From Rhodoferax sp. (GTDB lineage Bacteria; Pseudomonadota; Gammaproteobacteria; Burkholderiales; Burkholderiaceae_C), in the NCBI RefSeq assembly GCF_030653815.1, contig NZ_JAURYQ010000017.1, forward strand, positions 17,370 to 81,369: a stretch of 64,000 bases of DNA, in the 5' to 3' direction. Position numbers and translations under genes: made by a program. The notes below the pieces were generated by a model. That model saw only the letters and a list, made by a program, of their open reading frames with translations. It searched no databases and was not told the DNA's origin. Every line of letters begins with the position of its first letter. Positions within the stretch are counted from its first letter, which is position 1. This document shows, in pieces, positions 9,755-20,544 of the stretch.

Positions 9755-10199
9755 GCCCAACCTCATCCACCAGTGTCCTGAAGTCGTCGATGTCTTCAAA
9801 GCTGCGGTAGACGCTGGCAAAGCGCACGTAGGCCACTTTGTCGAGCTTTTTCAGCTCGTACATCACCAGTTCGCCAATGCGGGTGGACAGCACTTCGCGC
9901 AGGCCCAGGTTGAGCAGTTTTTCTTCGATGCGCTCCACCGCGCCGTCCACCTGCTCGGTGCTCACCGGGCGCTTGCGCAGTGCCAGTTTCATGGAGGCCA
10001 GCAGTTTGGCGCGCTCGTATTCGATGCGGCGGCCGTCTTTTTTGACGATGGCCGGAAAGTTCACCTCCGGGCGCTCGTAGGTGGTAAAGCGCTTGTCGCA
10101 CGAAGCGCAGCGCCGCCGCCGCCGTATGAAGCCCCCGTCCTCAGAAACCCGGGTTTCCACCACTTGGGTTTCCGGATGGCTGCAGAAGGGGCATTTCAT
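9750..10199 (-). CDS. nrdR: Transcriptional repressor NrdR
   Basis: MKCPFC zinc ribbon, [19 protein letters not shown]-cone, [12 protein letters not shown]. Confidence 0.98.
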   Translation of the reverse strand: MKCPFCSHPETQVVETRVSEDGGFIRRRRRCASCDKRFTTYERPEVNFPAIVKKDGRRIEYERAKLLASMKLALRKRPVSTEQVDGAVERIEEKLLNLGLREVLSTRIGELVMYELKKLDKVAYVRFASVYRSFEDIDDFRTLVDEVGR

Positions 10200-10201
10200 G
10201 A

Positions 10202-11449
10202 CTAGGCAGAGTACACCGGGAAGCGCGAGGTCAAGGCATGGACCTTGGCGCGCACGGCGGCGATGTTGGTCTCGTCACGCGGGTTGTCCAGCACGTCGGC
10301 GATCAGATGGGCGGTCAGGCGTGCCTCTTCGTCCTTGAAGCCGCGCGTGGTCATGGCCGGGGTGCCCACGCGCACGCCGCTGGTCACCATGGGTTTTTCG
10401 GGGTCGTTGGGAATGGCGTTCTTGTTGATGGTCATGTGCGCCGCACCCAGCACCGCCTCGGCTTCCTTGCCGGTGATCTTTTTGGAGCGCAAGTCCACCA
10501 GCATCACGTGGCTTTCGGTGCGGCCGCTGACAATGCGCAGGCCGCGCTCGGTCAGGGTTTCGGCCACGATGCGCGCGTTGGTCAGCACCTGTTGCTGGTA
10601 GAGCTTGAAGTCGGGTTGCAGCGCTTCCTTGAAAGCCACGGCCTTGGCTGCAATCACATGCATCAGCGGGCCGCCTTGCAGGCCGGGGAAAATGGCGCTG
10701 TTGATGGCTTTCTCGTGCTGCGACTTCATCAAAATGATGCCGCCGCGCGGGCCGCGCAGGCTCTTGTGGGTGGTGCTGGTGACCACGTCGGCGTGCGGCA
10801 CCGGGTTGGGGTAGACACCGGCCGCGATCAGGCCGGCGTAATGCGCCATGTCGACCATAAAGATGGCGCCGACGTCTTTGGCCACCTTGGCAAAGCGCTC
10901 AAAGTCAATGCGCAGGCTGTAGGCACTGGCGCCGGCAATGATCAGCTTGGGTTTGGACTCATGCGCCTTGCGCTCCATGGCGTCGTAGTCAATGGCTTCG
11001 TTGGCGTCCAGGCCATAAGAGACCACATTGAACCACTTGCCGCTCATGTTCAGCGCCATGCCGTGCGTCAGGTGGCCGCCCTCGGCCAGGCTCATGCCCA
11101 TGATGGTGTCACCAGGCTTCAAAAACGCCAGAAAGACGGCTTCGTTGGCCGAGGCGCCGCAGTGCGGCTGCACGTTGGCGGCTTCAGCGCCAAAGAGTTG
11201 CTTGACGCGGTCCAGCGCCAGTTGCTCGGCAATGTCGACAAACTCGCAGCCGCCGTAATAGCGCTTGCCGGGGTAGCCTTCGGCGTACTTGTTGGTGAGC
11301 TGGGTGCCCTGTGCGGCCATGACGGCGGGCGAGGCATAGTTTTCGCTGGCGATCAGCTCGATGTGGTCTTGCTGGCGCTGGTTTTCAGATTGGATGGCGG
11401 CAAACAGCTCGGGGTCGGTTTGCTCGATGAGGATGTTTCGGTTGAACAT
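10202..11449 (-). CDS. glyA: Serine hydroxymethyltransferase
   Basis: [25 protein letters not shown] lysine motif [14 protein letters not shown]; ATG at 11449. Confidence 0.98.
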   Translation of the reverse strand: MFNRNILIEQTDPELFAAIQSENQRQQDHIELIASENYASPAVMAAQGTQLTNKYAEGYPGKRYYGGCEFVDIAEQLALDRVKQLFGAEAANVQPHCGASANEAVFLAFLKPGDTIMGMSLAEGGHLTHGMALNMSGKWFNVVSYGLDANEAIDYDAMERKAHESKPKLIIAGASAYSLRIDFERFAKVAKDVGAIFMVDMAHYAGLIAAGVYPNPVPHADVVTSTTHKSLRGPRGGIILMKSQHEKAINSAIFPGLQGGPLMHVIAAKAVAFKEALQPDFKLYQQQVLTNARIVAETLTERGLRIVSGRTESHVMLVDLRSKKITGKEAEAVLGAAHMTINKNAIPNDPEKPMVTSGVRVGTPAMTTRGFKDEEARLTAHLIADVLDNPRDETNIAAVRAKVHALTSRFPVYSA

Positions 11450-11485
11450 GTCAGTCCTTGAAGGCGTGGGGCTTACGGGTTGAGG

Positions 11486-11603
11486 TGCCCAGGCGAACGG
11501 CTGATCACAAAACCTGTCAAGGTCCTGCGGCACGCTCCCCCGTGGTGTTCCCACTTCGGCAACGTGTCCCGTCACAGGGTGTTGCCTATCGCCAGTCGCG
11601 TAC
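11486..11603 (-). ncRNA. ZMP/ZTP riboswitch (pfl motif) upstream of glyA
   Basis: The minus strand reads cgcgACTGGCGa...gtgggaacaccacGGGgAGCGtg...gCCGttCGCCTGGGCa, matching the conserved P1/P2/P3 and pseudoknot. glyA is a known target class. Confidence 0.9.
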
Positions 11604-11625
11604 TGTCTGATTTTAGCTGAGGTCC

Positions 11626-12453
11626 TCAGCCCATGGCCAGGGTGGCTGCTTTGTCTGGCGTGGCTGCGGGTGCTTCCGGTGCGGGTGGGGGCAGCGTCGC
11701 CTTGGTCAATGTGGGAGCCGCATTGGCTCGCGGCACTGCGCGACCCTGGGCGACCTGTTGCAGTCGGGTGTATTCGGCCATGACTTTGGAGGCATAGCCG
11801 CCGTCGGTTTCCATATTGGCGGCGCCAACATAGTATTTGAGGCCCCCTTCAACCGAACCCGCCATGCGTATGCAGTCTTGCAACACTTTCACGCCAACAT
11901 GCAGGTTGGCCAGTGGGTCAAAGGCGGCAAATTTGCCACCAAAGCTCTGGTACTTGTCGCTGTGGATCTTGGTCATGACCTGCATCAGGCCTTGCGCGCC
12001 CACAGAGCTTTGGGCAAACGGGTTAAAGCCGGATTCAACGGCCATCACGGCCAGGATCAGCGTGGGGTCAATCTTGACGCGCGCGCCAATGCTGTAGGCC
12101 TCGGACACCAGGGCGCTGATGGGCTCCGGTGCCACACGGTATTTTTTGCTCAACCAGAACGCCACGGCGGCCTGCTGTTTGGGCAGTTCCTTGGGGTCGG
12201 CTGCGGTGGCGCGGTCGATGGCGACCAGGTCGCTGACCATGCCGCTCACTTCTTGCTGGCGCTCCTGCAACCAGCTGAAAAGCTTGATTTCGCCCACCTG
12301 GCGCAGCTCGGGGCGTGCCACCAGGGCCATGGCGGCAAATAAAACAGCCAGGCCAATCAGGGCAAAACTGTTGTGGGTCAGTTGAAAAAAGCCTTTGGTC
12401 ACGGCTGCCGTGGCTTGCCGTAGGCTGGAACTCATGTTGTTAGACGCTGTCAT
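11626..12453 (-). CDS. Lytic transglycosylase SLT-domain protein
   Basis: [33 protein letters not shown]; N-terminal hydrophobic anchor. Confidence 0.9.
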   Translation of the reverse strand: MTASNNMSSSLRQATAAVTKGFFQLTHNSFALIGLAVLFAAMALVARPELRQVGEIKLFSWLQERQQEVSGMVSDLVAIDRATAADPKELPKQQAAVAFWLSKKYRVAPEPISALVSEAYSIGARVKIDPTLILAVMAVESGFNPFAQSSVGAQGLMQVMTKIHSDKYQSFGGKFAAFDPLANLHVGVKVLQDCIRMAGSVEGGLKYYVGAANMETDGGYASKVMAEYTRLQQVAQGRAVPRANAAPTLTKATLPPPAPEAPAATPDKAATLAMG

Positions 12454-12760
12454 AGCTTCTCCTTCTTGCGCGAGGGTTGATGTCACTTGAAGAGCTGGCT
12501 TCAAGCGGATCAATGATCCAGGCATGGGTTGTTACGCTATCAAGATCCTGCGGATTCTGGCCCGTTGGTGCAGAGATTTGATGTTGCCGGGGTCGGCAGC
12601 GGGTGAGGGTTTTCCCTTGATTTTGTCAAGGTCGCCGGATTCTAGGGGGACTGGATATACCAAGTCAACCATAAGAAATAGGTTTTATATTCTAAAAAGA
12701 AATTGTAAATTTTGTTTTCATGTGCTTTATCAGCCTTGAAACGAGGCGGAAAATACACTG

Positions 12761-15700
12761 ATGGACGTTCAAAAGCTTCATCATTCCAAGTGGCTGCGCC
12801 GTCTGGCAGTGGCGCTGGCCGCCGTGCTGCTCTTGTGGGGATTGGCTTGGCTGGCGCTGCCGCCCTGGCTCAAGACGCAGCTGGAAACCCGGCTGGGTGA
12901 ACAGCTCGGGCGCCCGGTGAGTCTGGGGCAGATCGAGTTCAAGCCCTGGTCTCTGGAGCTCACTGTCCATGACTTCAAAATTGCGCAGGCGGGGGCTGGC
13001 GCAGGGGCTGTGCCGCAGTTGTTTGTGAAGCGTCTTTATTTAGATGCCGAACTGCAGTCCTTGCTGAAGTGGGCCCCCGTGGTGGACGCCATCACCCTGG
13101 AAGCGCCGCAGTTGCGGCTGACGCACTTGGGACAGGGACGTTATGACCTTGACGACGTGATGGACCGCTTGGCCACCAAGCCCAGCACGCCAGCGTCGGA
13201 CCCGCTGCGGTTTGCCCTGTACAACCTGGTGCTGGCCGACGGTGCGATTGAATTCACCGACGCGCCGCATCAAAAAACACACCAGCTCAGCCAGCTCCAG
13301 ATCAAGCTGCCGTTCCTGAGCAATCTGGCCACGCAACGTGACGTGGTGGTGGTTCCGCAGCTGGCGTTTGCACTCGATGGCAGCCGCTTTGACTCGGCGG
13401 CGCAAAGCACGCCGTTCGCCCAAAGCCAGAAGACCGCACTCAGCCTGAAAGTGTCCAAACTCGACTTGGCTCCGTATCTGGGCTACCAACCGGCCAGTCT
13501 GCCCTTGCGCTTGACGTCGGCGGTGCTGGATGCCGACCTTAAGCTGGCGTTTGAGAAGACGTCGGAAGCCAGCGTGCGGCTGGAGGGCCAGATTCAGGCC
13601 AGCCAGGTCACATTGGTGTCGAACGCGGCAGGCAACGCAAGCCCGTCGCCTGATTTGCTTGCGTTCAGTCAGCTCACGCTCGAATTGAAAGATGTGCAAC
13701 CCCTGCTGCAAAACGTGCAATTGGCCAGCCTGACCCTGTCCGAGCCGCGCCTGAGTTTGACGCGCGACCGGGCCGGTCGGCTCAATTGGCTGGCGCTGCT
13801 GCCACCTGCCAAGGCCTCCCCGGCGACCGCTGACAAGGCGGCCAAGCCCTGGAAAGTCAGCCTCGACCAATTGACTGTGCAGGGTGGCCAGGTGCTGTGG
13901 CAAGATGCCAGCATCGCCGCGCCCGGCCGCCTGCAGCTAAGCGCGCTGGACGTGAGCGCGTCTGCCTTCAAATGGCCCATGACGGACGCGATGCCCTTTG
14001 AAGGGCAGGCCCGGTTCGACGGCGCCAGCCTCGCTTTCAAGGGCAGCACCAACGCGCAAAGCATGCAGCTCAGCGCACAGCTGGCTGACTTGCCGCTGGC
14101 GGTGGCTGCGCCTTACCTGGCTGAAGTGCTGCAGCCGCGCCTCGATGGGATATTGAACACGGCGCTGAACCTGCACTGGCAGGCTCCCGTGCAGGCAGGG
14201 CAAGCGCAGCAACTTGAAGTCCAGTTGCCACAGTTGACGCTGGACCAGTTGACTCTGGCACCCGTCCAGCGCGGCAAGGCCGGTAAAACGTCGCTGGCGA
14301 GCATCAAGCAACTGCAACTGCGTGACGTGACGATTGATGTTACCGGGCGCAGCGCCAGTCTGGGCCAGATCAGCGTCAGCCAGCCGCAAACCCGTGTGCT
14401 GCGGGCCGCCAATGGGCGCTGGATGTTCGAAGACTGGCTCAAAGCCCAGCCGCCTCAAGCGCGTACTGTGGGCGCTGCGGCCGTCAAGTCATCCGCCAGC
14501 AAGCCCTGGACGCTCGCCGTGCAACAACTCGACGTGCAAAACGGACTGCTGGGCTTTGTCGACCAGTCGGGCGACAAGCCGGTGAGCATCAATGGGTCGG
14601 CCATCGCGCTGCAGCTCAAAAACTTTTCAACGGTCAAGGGCAAGAGTTTCGGCCTGAACCTGGCTGCGCGCGTGCAGCAGGGCCGCAACGAGGCTGGTCG
14701 CCTGGCTTGGCGTGGCTCGGGCAAATTGACGCCACTGCAAATTCAGGGGCAGTTGACGGCGCAGCGTCTGCCGCTGCATGCGCTCGAGCCTTATTTGACT
14801 GAGCAGCTCAACGTGGAACTGCTGCATGCCGATGCCAGCTTCCAAGGCCAGGTCAACTTTGCCCAGCAGCCCGGTGGTATGCGGCTGAAAGTGCAGGGCG
14901 ACACCAGCTTTGAAGACTTTCGGGCCAACACCCTGGCGCAGGCGCAGCCTTTTGTGCCGGGTGAGGACTTGTTGAACTGGAAAGCCCTGAGCCTGCGCGG
15001 CTTGTCACTGGAGCTGGCACCGGGCGTGGCGACCCGGTTCGACGTCAAGGAAACGGTGCTCAGTGATTTTTATGCCCGCCTGATCCTCAGCCCGGCGGGT
15101 CGCTTCAACTTGCAGGACGTGCTCAAACCCGCCGCGCCTTCCTCCACGGTGGCCGACGCGCCGGCGGTATCCGCTTCGGCGCCGGAGTTGTCTGCCGTGG
15201 TGAATTTTGGCCCGGTCAGTTTGCTGGGTGGCCGGGTGGACTTCAGCGACCGTTTCATCCAGCCCAACTACTCGGCTGATCTGACCGAGCTCACCGGCAA
15301 GCTCAGCGCGTTTTCGTCGCAGGCGCCCAACGGCGCGGTGCAGCTGGCCGACATGGAACTGCACGGACGCGCCCAGGGGACGGCCTCGCTGGAGGTGCTG
15401 GGCAAAATAAATCCACTGGTCAAGCCGCTCGCGCTCGACATCACGGGCAAGGTGCGCGACTTGGAGTTGCCCCCGCTGTCCCCCTATTCGGCCCGCTATG
15501 CCGGTTACGGCATTGAGCGCGGCAAGCTCAGTGTCGACATCAACTACCAGGTGCAGCCCGACGGCCGGCTTTCGGCCAACCACAAGATCGTGCTGAATCA
15601 GCTCAAGTTTGGCGATGCCGTGCCGGATGCCAAGGACACCTTGCCGGTCAAGCTTGCGGTGGCGCTGCTGGCCGACCGCCATGGCGTCATTGACATCAAC

Positions 15701-16396
15701 CTGCCGGTCAGTGGCTCGCTGAGCGACCCGCAGTTTCGTATCGGGCCGATTGTGTTCAAGCTGATCGTCAATCTGATCGTGAAAGCCATTACTGCGCCGT
15801 TTTCCCTGCTGGCCAGCGCGCTGGGCGGCGGCGGTGAAGAACTGAGCATGGTCAACTTTGCGCCCGGCAGCGCCAGCCTGAGCCCGGAGGCCCGTACCGG
15901 GCTCGACAAGGTCGCCAAGGCGCTGCTGGAGCGCCCGGCACTGAGCATGACGGTGGTGGGCAGTGCCAGCCTGGCGCATGAGCGCGATGCATACAAGCGG
16001 GCACAGTTGCAGGCGCTGGTGCTGGCTGAAAAGCGGCGTGGTGCGGTGTTGGATGGTGCCACGGCGGAAGACGCCAGGGCGCTTGCCGTGTCAGCGCAAG
16101 ACTACCCGGTGCTGCTCAAGGCGGTTTACAAGCGGGCTGACTTTCCCAAGCCGCGCAACCTGATCGGGCTGGCCAAGGACATCCCGGTACCGGAAATGGA
16201 AGCCTTGCTGCTGGCCAACCTGAGCGTGACCGAAGCGGCCATGCGGGCGCTGGCCGAGCAACGGGGCGTGGCGGTGCGCGACTACCTGGCCAGCCTCAAG
16301 CTGCCCATGGAACGCCTGTTTCTGGGCGCCACCAAAGCCGCGCCGGAGGATGCCAAATGGCAGCCCCGGGCCGAGCTCAATCTGGCCACCCAATAG
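12761..16396 (+). CDS. DUF748 (AsmA-like) envelope protein with C-terminal OmpA-like region
   Basis: N-terminal TM; LPPLSPYSARYAGYGIERGKLS; LAVALLADRHGVIDINLPVSGSLSDPQF; FAPGSASL. Confidence 0.85.
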   Translation: MDVQKLHHSKWLRRLAVALAAVLLLWGLAWLALPPWLKTQLETRLGEQLGRPVSLGQIEFKPWSLELTVHDFKIAQAGAGAGAVPQLFVKRLYLDAELQSLLKWAPVVDAITLEAPQLRLTHLGQGRYDLDDVMDRLATKPSTPASDPLRFALYNLVLADGAIEFTDAPHQKTHQLSQLQIKLPFLSNLATQRDVVVVPQLAFALDGSRFDSAAQSTPFAQSQKTALSLKVSKLDLAPYLGYQPASLPLRLTSAVLDADLKLAFEKTSEASVRLEGQIQASQVTLVSNAAGNASPSPDLLAFSQLTLELKDVQPLLQNVQLASLTLSEPRLSLTRDRAGRLNWLALLPPAKASPATADKAAKPWKVSLDQLTVQGGQVLWQDASIAAPGRLQLSALDVSASAFKWPMTDAMPFEGQARFDGASLAFKGSTNAQSMQLSAQLADLPLAVAAPYLAEVLQPRLDGILNTALNLHWQAPVQAGQAQQLEVQLPQLTLDQLTLAPVQRGKAGKTSLASIKQLQLRDVTIDVTGRSASLGQISVSQPQTRVLRAANGRWMFEDWLKAQPPQARTVGAAAVKSSASKPWTLAVQQLDVQNGLLGFVDQSGDKPVSINGSAIALQLKNFSTVKGKSFGLNLAARVQQGRNEAGRLAWRGSGKLTPLQIQGQLTAQRLPLHALEPYLTEQLNVELLHADASFQGQVNFAQQPGGMRLKVQGDTSFEDFRANTLAQAQPFVPGEDLLNWKALSLRGLSLELAPGVATRFDVKETVLSDFYARLILSPAGRFNLQDVLKPAAPSSTVADAPAVSASAPELSAVVNFGPVSLLGGRVDFSDRFIQPNYSADLTELTGKLSAFSSQAPNGAVQLADMELHGRAQGTASLEVLGKINPLVKPLALDITGKVRDLELPPLSPYSARYAGYGIERGKLSVDINYQVQPDGRLSANHKIVLNQLKFGDAVPDAKDTLPVKLAVALLADRHGVIDINLPVSGSLSDPQFRIGPIVFKLIVNLIVKAITAPFSLLASALGGGGEELSMVNFAPGSASLSPEARTGLDKVAKALLERPALSMTVVGSASLAHERDAYKRAQLQALVLAEKRRGAVLDGATAEDARALAVSAQDYPVLLKAVYKRADFPKPRNLIGLAKDIPVPEMEALLLANLSVTEAAMRALAEQRGVAVRDYLASLKLPMERLFLGATKAAPEDAKWQPRAELNLATQ

Positions 16397-16493
16397 CGTG
16401 GCAAATTGTTTTTTGGCCGGGTGTCAAAACCCGGCGAAAATAGCTGTTTATTCCCGCTGCCCTGCAGTGGGCACTTTCTCAATTTAGTGCGCG

Positions 16494-19238
16494 ATGTCGA
16501 TGTTCCCTTTTTCTACCCAAAGCAAAGCCAACCCCACGCTTGACGTGCCCGCCGTCAGCGCCAAAACCCCCGAGGTCCATCCGCTGGATGCGCTCACGCA
16601 TGGGGCGTTTTCTGCGCAAACCTCGGGCGAGCGCATGGCCTGTATCCGCGAATGGCTGGCGACCAGTCCGGGCAACGAGCAGTTGCAGCAGGTGTTCAAG
16701 GAGCTCAGCGGCAAGGACAAGGGTGCTGCCAAACTGCTGCGCGAAAAGCTTGACGAGATCAAGCGCAGCAAGACGCAGGCCAGCATCGCACTGGAATGGG
16801 CCGACAAGGCCCAGGCGCTGCTGGCCTTGAGCAAACTCAATCTGGCCGACGCCCTGGCCTGGCAGCGCGATGCCGCCAAGGCCGGTGCGCCGCTGAGCAA
16901 GGAGCCGCTGGCCGGCCTGAAGGCGCAACTGGTGGAACGCGTGCGTGCCATTGAAGACCTGCAGCACCGGGTGCAGGTGCAGCGCGAGGCCGCGGTGTTG
17001 CTGGCGCAGCGCATCGAGGTGCTGTCGACCAAGCCCTGGACCGACGCCCAGGCTGCCCAGGAGGCCTTGGCCGCCGATGTCGCCCATTGGCAAACCGAGG
17101 CAGAGGCTTTGGTGGCGGATGCCAATTGGTCCAGTGTGGACGTTCGTTTTGTCACCCAGCTGCACGATGCGCAAGCCCAGTTGCAGCTGGTCTGGCAAGC
17201 TTTTCAGGATGCCCTGGCGCTCACGGTCGCCGCTGCCCAGGACCCGGCAGCACCTTTGCCCAAGGTGCCGGTGTGGGCTGACGAGCTGCGCGTTGCGCGC
17301 GGCATTCCGCTGGAACCGGTGGCTGCACCTGCCAAGCCCAAGGTCGACCCCGAAATTCGCGCCAAGGCCTCTGCCCATGTGGCCGAGGTGCTGGCCAAGC
17401 TGGAACATGAAATGGCCCAGGGCCATGGCAAGGCCAGCGCGGGCGCGGCCAATGCGCTGCGCCAGGTGCTCAAGGACAACGGCCGCCTGATTGACGACAA
17501 ACTGGAAGCCCAGGCGCACGCGGCGCTGGTGGCTGCGGGTGAACTTGAGGGCTGGCAGCGCTGGCGTGCCGACCAACTGCGCGAAGAACTGGTGGCCAAG
17601 GCCGAGGGCCTGCTCAAGCGCCCCGAGGGCCAGGCCATGGGTGGTCGCAAGATGCAGGACCAGTTGCGTGGTTTGCGTGAGCAATGGAAGCTGACCGACC
17701 AGGGTGGTGTACCCAACCATGCGCTGTGGAAGCGTTTTGACGAAGCCTGCAACGAAGCCCACAAGGTGGTCGAGGCTTGGTTGGAAAAAATGAAGGCCGA
17801 GTCGGCCGAGCACCGTGCCCAGCGCCTGGCCCTGATCGAAGAAGTCAAGGCCTGGGCCGAGGCCAACCGGGTCGCGCTGGACGACGACTGGAAAGGCTTC
17901 AGCCGCGTGTTGCACCAGTTTGGCGACCGCTGGCGTGAGGCCGGCCACATTGGTGAAAAAATGTTTGCCGAGCTGCAACCGCTCTGGAAAGCCGCCATTG
18001 ACCACGCGGCCGAGCCGCTGGAGACCCTGCAAAAGCAAAGCCTGGAAGCGCGCCATGCCATGATTGACGAGGCCCGCGCGCTGGGTGCCGAGGCCATGTT
18101 GCGTATCGACGCCGTCAAGGCGCTGCAGCAGCGTTGGCAGGCCGAGGCGCACCGCGTGCCGATCGACCGCCGCCACGAACAAAAGCTGTGGGACGCCTTC
18201 CGCAAACCGATTGATGAAGCTTTCAACCGGAAGACGGCCGAGCGCGAAAAGGCACAAAGTGCCCTGAGCGATCGCGACCGCGTCGTGCTGGACGCCTCCA
18301 AGGCGCTGCAGGCCGCCAATGCCTCAGGCGATGCGCAGGCCATTCGCAGTGCCATGAGCGCGCTTGAGGCCGCATTGAGCGGTCAGGCGCTGGCGCAGGC
18401 GGCTGTCACGGCGGCCGGCCCTGCCGAGACCAACACCGCGATGGCTCAGCCTGAGGCTGTGGCTGAAGCGCCCGAGACGGCAGAAACGTCATCAGAAGCA
18501 GCCCCTGGCGAGACGCCAGAAGCTGCACCCGAAGTCGTCAAACCCGTGGCTGCGCCCAAACGCGTGGTGGCCATGCGTGGCGATGATCGTCCGGGCATGA
18601 AAAAAGAAGAGCCTGCTGCCATGGGCCGGGGTGGCAAGTTTGGTGACCGCAAGGACGCCGGCCGTCCGGCGGGTCGTGACGGCGCGCGTGATGCGCGCGG
18701 TCCCGGCCGCATGGATGACCGTGGTCCGCGCCGCGATGCACGCCCTGACCGCCCCGCTTATGGCGAGCGCTCTGATGCGCCGCGCCTGGGCGATGCTGCC
18801 TTCCGGGCTCAGCGCGACGCGCTGGAGCAGGCTCAGTTTGCCTTGCGCAAGCTGGCGGCGCAGGCCCATGGCGAGGCCCTGACGCATTTGCTGACGGCCT
18901 GGGAAACGCGTGATGCCGCCCAAGTGCCCGGCGTGCAGGAACTCGGCAGCCGGGTCAGCCCGGCGGCGCGGGCGGCCTGGGTCAAGGCCGTGTCCCAGCC
19001 TGCTTCCGGTGAGGCTGCCACAGCACTGCTGCGCCTGGAGATGGCGGCCGAAGTGCCCACCCCGGCTGAGCAGTTGAGCGCACGGCGCATGTACCAGTTG
19101 CAGTTGTTGACCAAGCGCAACGACCCGGCACCGGCACAAACCTGGGCGCAGGATGCCGCCACGGTGCTGGCATCGGCTTTTGATGCGGCACAGGTGCGTC
19201 GTTTGCAAAATGTCCTGAAAGTGTTGCTGAAGCCTTAA
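16494..19238 (+). CDS. DUF349-domain protein
   Basis: Repeated W---G...LW-RF--A---- helical units (EQWKLTDQGG..HALWKRFDEAC; QRWQAEA..QKLWDAFRKP); Arg/Gly/Asp-rich linker. Confidence 0.8.
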   Translation: MSMFPFSTQSKANPTLDVPAVSAKTPEVHPLDALTHGAFSAQTSGERMACIREWLATSPGNEQLQQVFKELSGKDKGAAKLLREKLDEIKRSKTQASIALEWADKAQALLALSKLNLADALAWQRDAAKAGAPLSKEPLAGLKAQLVERVRAIEDLQHRVQVQREAAVLLAQRIEVLSTKPWTDAQAAQEALAADVAHWQTEAEALVADANWSSVDVRFVTQLHDAQAQLQLVWQAFQDALALTVAAAQDPAAPLPKVPVWADELRVARGIPLEPVAAPAKPKVDPEIRAKASAHVAEVLAKLEHEMAQGHGKASAGAANALRQVLKDNGRLIDDKLEAQAHAALVAAGELEGWQRWRADQLREELVAKAEGLLKRPEGQAMGGRKMQDQLRGLREQWKLTDQGGVPNHALWKRFDEACNEAHKVVEAWLEKMKAESAEHRAQRLALIEEVKAWAEANRVALDDDWKGFSRVLHQFGDRWREAGHIGEKMFAELQPLWKAAIDHAAEPLETLQKQSLEARHAMIDEARALGAEAMLRIDAVKALQQRWQAEAHRVPIDRRHEQKLWDAFRKPIDEAFNRKTAEREKAQSALSDRDRVVLDASKALQAANASGDAQAIRSAMSALEAALSGQALAQAAVTAAGPAETNTAMAQPEAVAEAPETAETSSEAAPGETPEAAPEVVKPVAAPKRVVAMRGDDRPGMKKEEPAAMGRGGKFGDRKDAGRPAGRDGARDARGPGRMDDRGPRRDARPDRPAYGERSDAPRLGDAAFRAQRDALEQAQFALRKLAAQAHGEALTHLLTAWETRDAAQVPGVQELGSRVSPAARAAWVKAVSQPASGEAATALLRLEMAAEVPTPAEQLSARRMYQLQLLTKRNDPAPAQTWAQDAATVLASAFDAAQVRRLQNVLKVLLKP

Positions 19239-20014
19239 GGCGTTGGGGCCAGTGCCACGCGCCCGGGTGCGTGGCCGGCGCGCAAGCGCAACACCTCCAG
19301 CCGCGGTGGCTGGGCCACAGCATCCCAGTCACTCAGCACCAGGCGGCGCAATGGCGGCTGTGCATCGGCATCCAGCAGGTGGTCCTGCGGCCGATGGGTG
19401 TGGCCGTGAATCAGGGTGCTGGCGCCATGAGCGTGCAAGCATGACAGCGCGGCTGCGGTGTCGACATCGGCATACGTGGCGCCGCTGTCTTTGCGGGCTG
19501 CGCTTTGGGCCCGCAGGCCGCGCGCAAAGGCCTGGCGCTCAGCCAGGGGTTTGGCCAGAAAGTGCGCTTGCCAGGTGGGCTGGCGCACCTGCACGCGGAA
19601 CTGCTGGTAGTCCACATCGCCCAGGCACAGCGCGTCGCCATGGGACAGCAGGTAGCGTTGGTCAGCAAAGTCCAGTACCGTCGGGTCGGGCAACAGCGTC
19701 ATGCCGCTGGCTCGGGCGACGTCCTCACCGAGCAAAAAATCCCGGTTGCCGTGCATGAAATACACCGGCAGGCGCCTGGAGGTGGCTTGCAAAATTTGTT
19801 GGCATTGCCGCGCAAAGGCAGCGTCGGGGTCGTCCGTGGCAGCCATGAGGTCGTCACCAACCCAGACCTCGAACAAATCTCCCAGAATGAACAGCGCATC
19901 GGCAGGCGTGCTGGCCATGTAGCGCTGCCAGGCCGCGGCCGTGGCAGGCTCGCCGACCTGCAGGTGCAGGTCAGAGATGAAGTCAACCGTGCGCCAAGCC
20001 GGTTCAGCCTTCAC
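19235..20014 (-). CDS. lpxH: UDP-2,3-diacylglucosamine hydrolase
   Basis: FISDLHL, ILGDLFEVWVGDD, MHGNRDF, SHGD, IHGHTHRP; next to ppiB. Confidence 0.95.
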   Translation of the reverse strand: MKAEPAWRTVDFISDLHLQVGEPATAAAWQRYMASTPADALFILGDLFEVWVGDDLMAATDDPDAAFARQCQQILQATSRRLPVYFMHGNRDFLLGEDVARASGMTLLPDPTVLDFADQRYLLSHGDALCLGDVDYQQFRVQVRQPTWQAHFLAKPLAERQAFARGLRAQSAARKDSGATYADVDTAAALSCLHAHGASTLIHGHTHRPQDHLLDADAQPPLRRLVLSDWDAVAQPPRLEVLRLRAGHAPGRVALAPTP

Positions 20015-20034
20015 CGCGTGAGCTGCTTGTTGGC

Positions 20035-20541
20035 TTACAGTGCGACGGCTTTCTCGATCACCACGTCTTCCAGCGGCACGTCGTCATGGTAGCCCTTGCG
20101 GCCGGTCTTGACGGCCTTGATCTTGTCCACCACGTCGGTGCCTGCCACCACCTTGCCGAACACGGCGTAGCCCCAGCCTTGCTGGCTGGGTGCGGTGTGG
20201 TTCAGGAAGGTGTTGTCGGCGACGTTGATGAAAAACTGGGCGGTGGCCGAATGCGGGTCGCCGGTGCGCGCCATGGCCACGGTGTAGTTCAGGTTTTTCA
20301 GGCCGTTGTTGGCCTCGTTCTCGATCGGGGCGTCGCAGCCCTTCTGCGCCATGCCGGGTTCCATGCCGCCGCCTTGCACCATGAAGCCGGGAATCACACG
20401 GTGAAAAATGGTGTTGTCGTAATGGCCCTTGTTGACATAGGCCAGGAAGTTGGCCGTGCACTTGGGCGCCTTGTCAGCGTCGAGTTCAAGCGTGATGGTG
20501 CCGTAGTTTTTGACGTGGAGTTCGACTTGGGGGTTGCTCAT
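20035..20541 (-). CDS. ppiB: Cyclophilin peptidyl-prolyl isomerase, cytoplasmic
   Basis: [38 protein letters not shown]. Confidence 0.95.
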   Translation of the reverse strand: MSNPQVELHVKNYGTITLELDADKAPKCTANFLAYVNKGHYDNTIFHRVIPGFMVQGGGMEPGMAQKGCDAPIENEANNGLKNLNYTVAMARTGDPHSATAQFFINVADNTFLNHTAPSQQGWGYAVFGKVVAGTDVVDKIKAVKTGRKGYHDDVPLEDVVIEKAVAL

Positions 20542-20544
20542 GAT

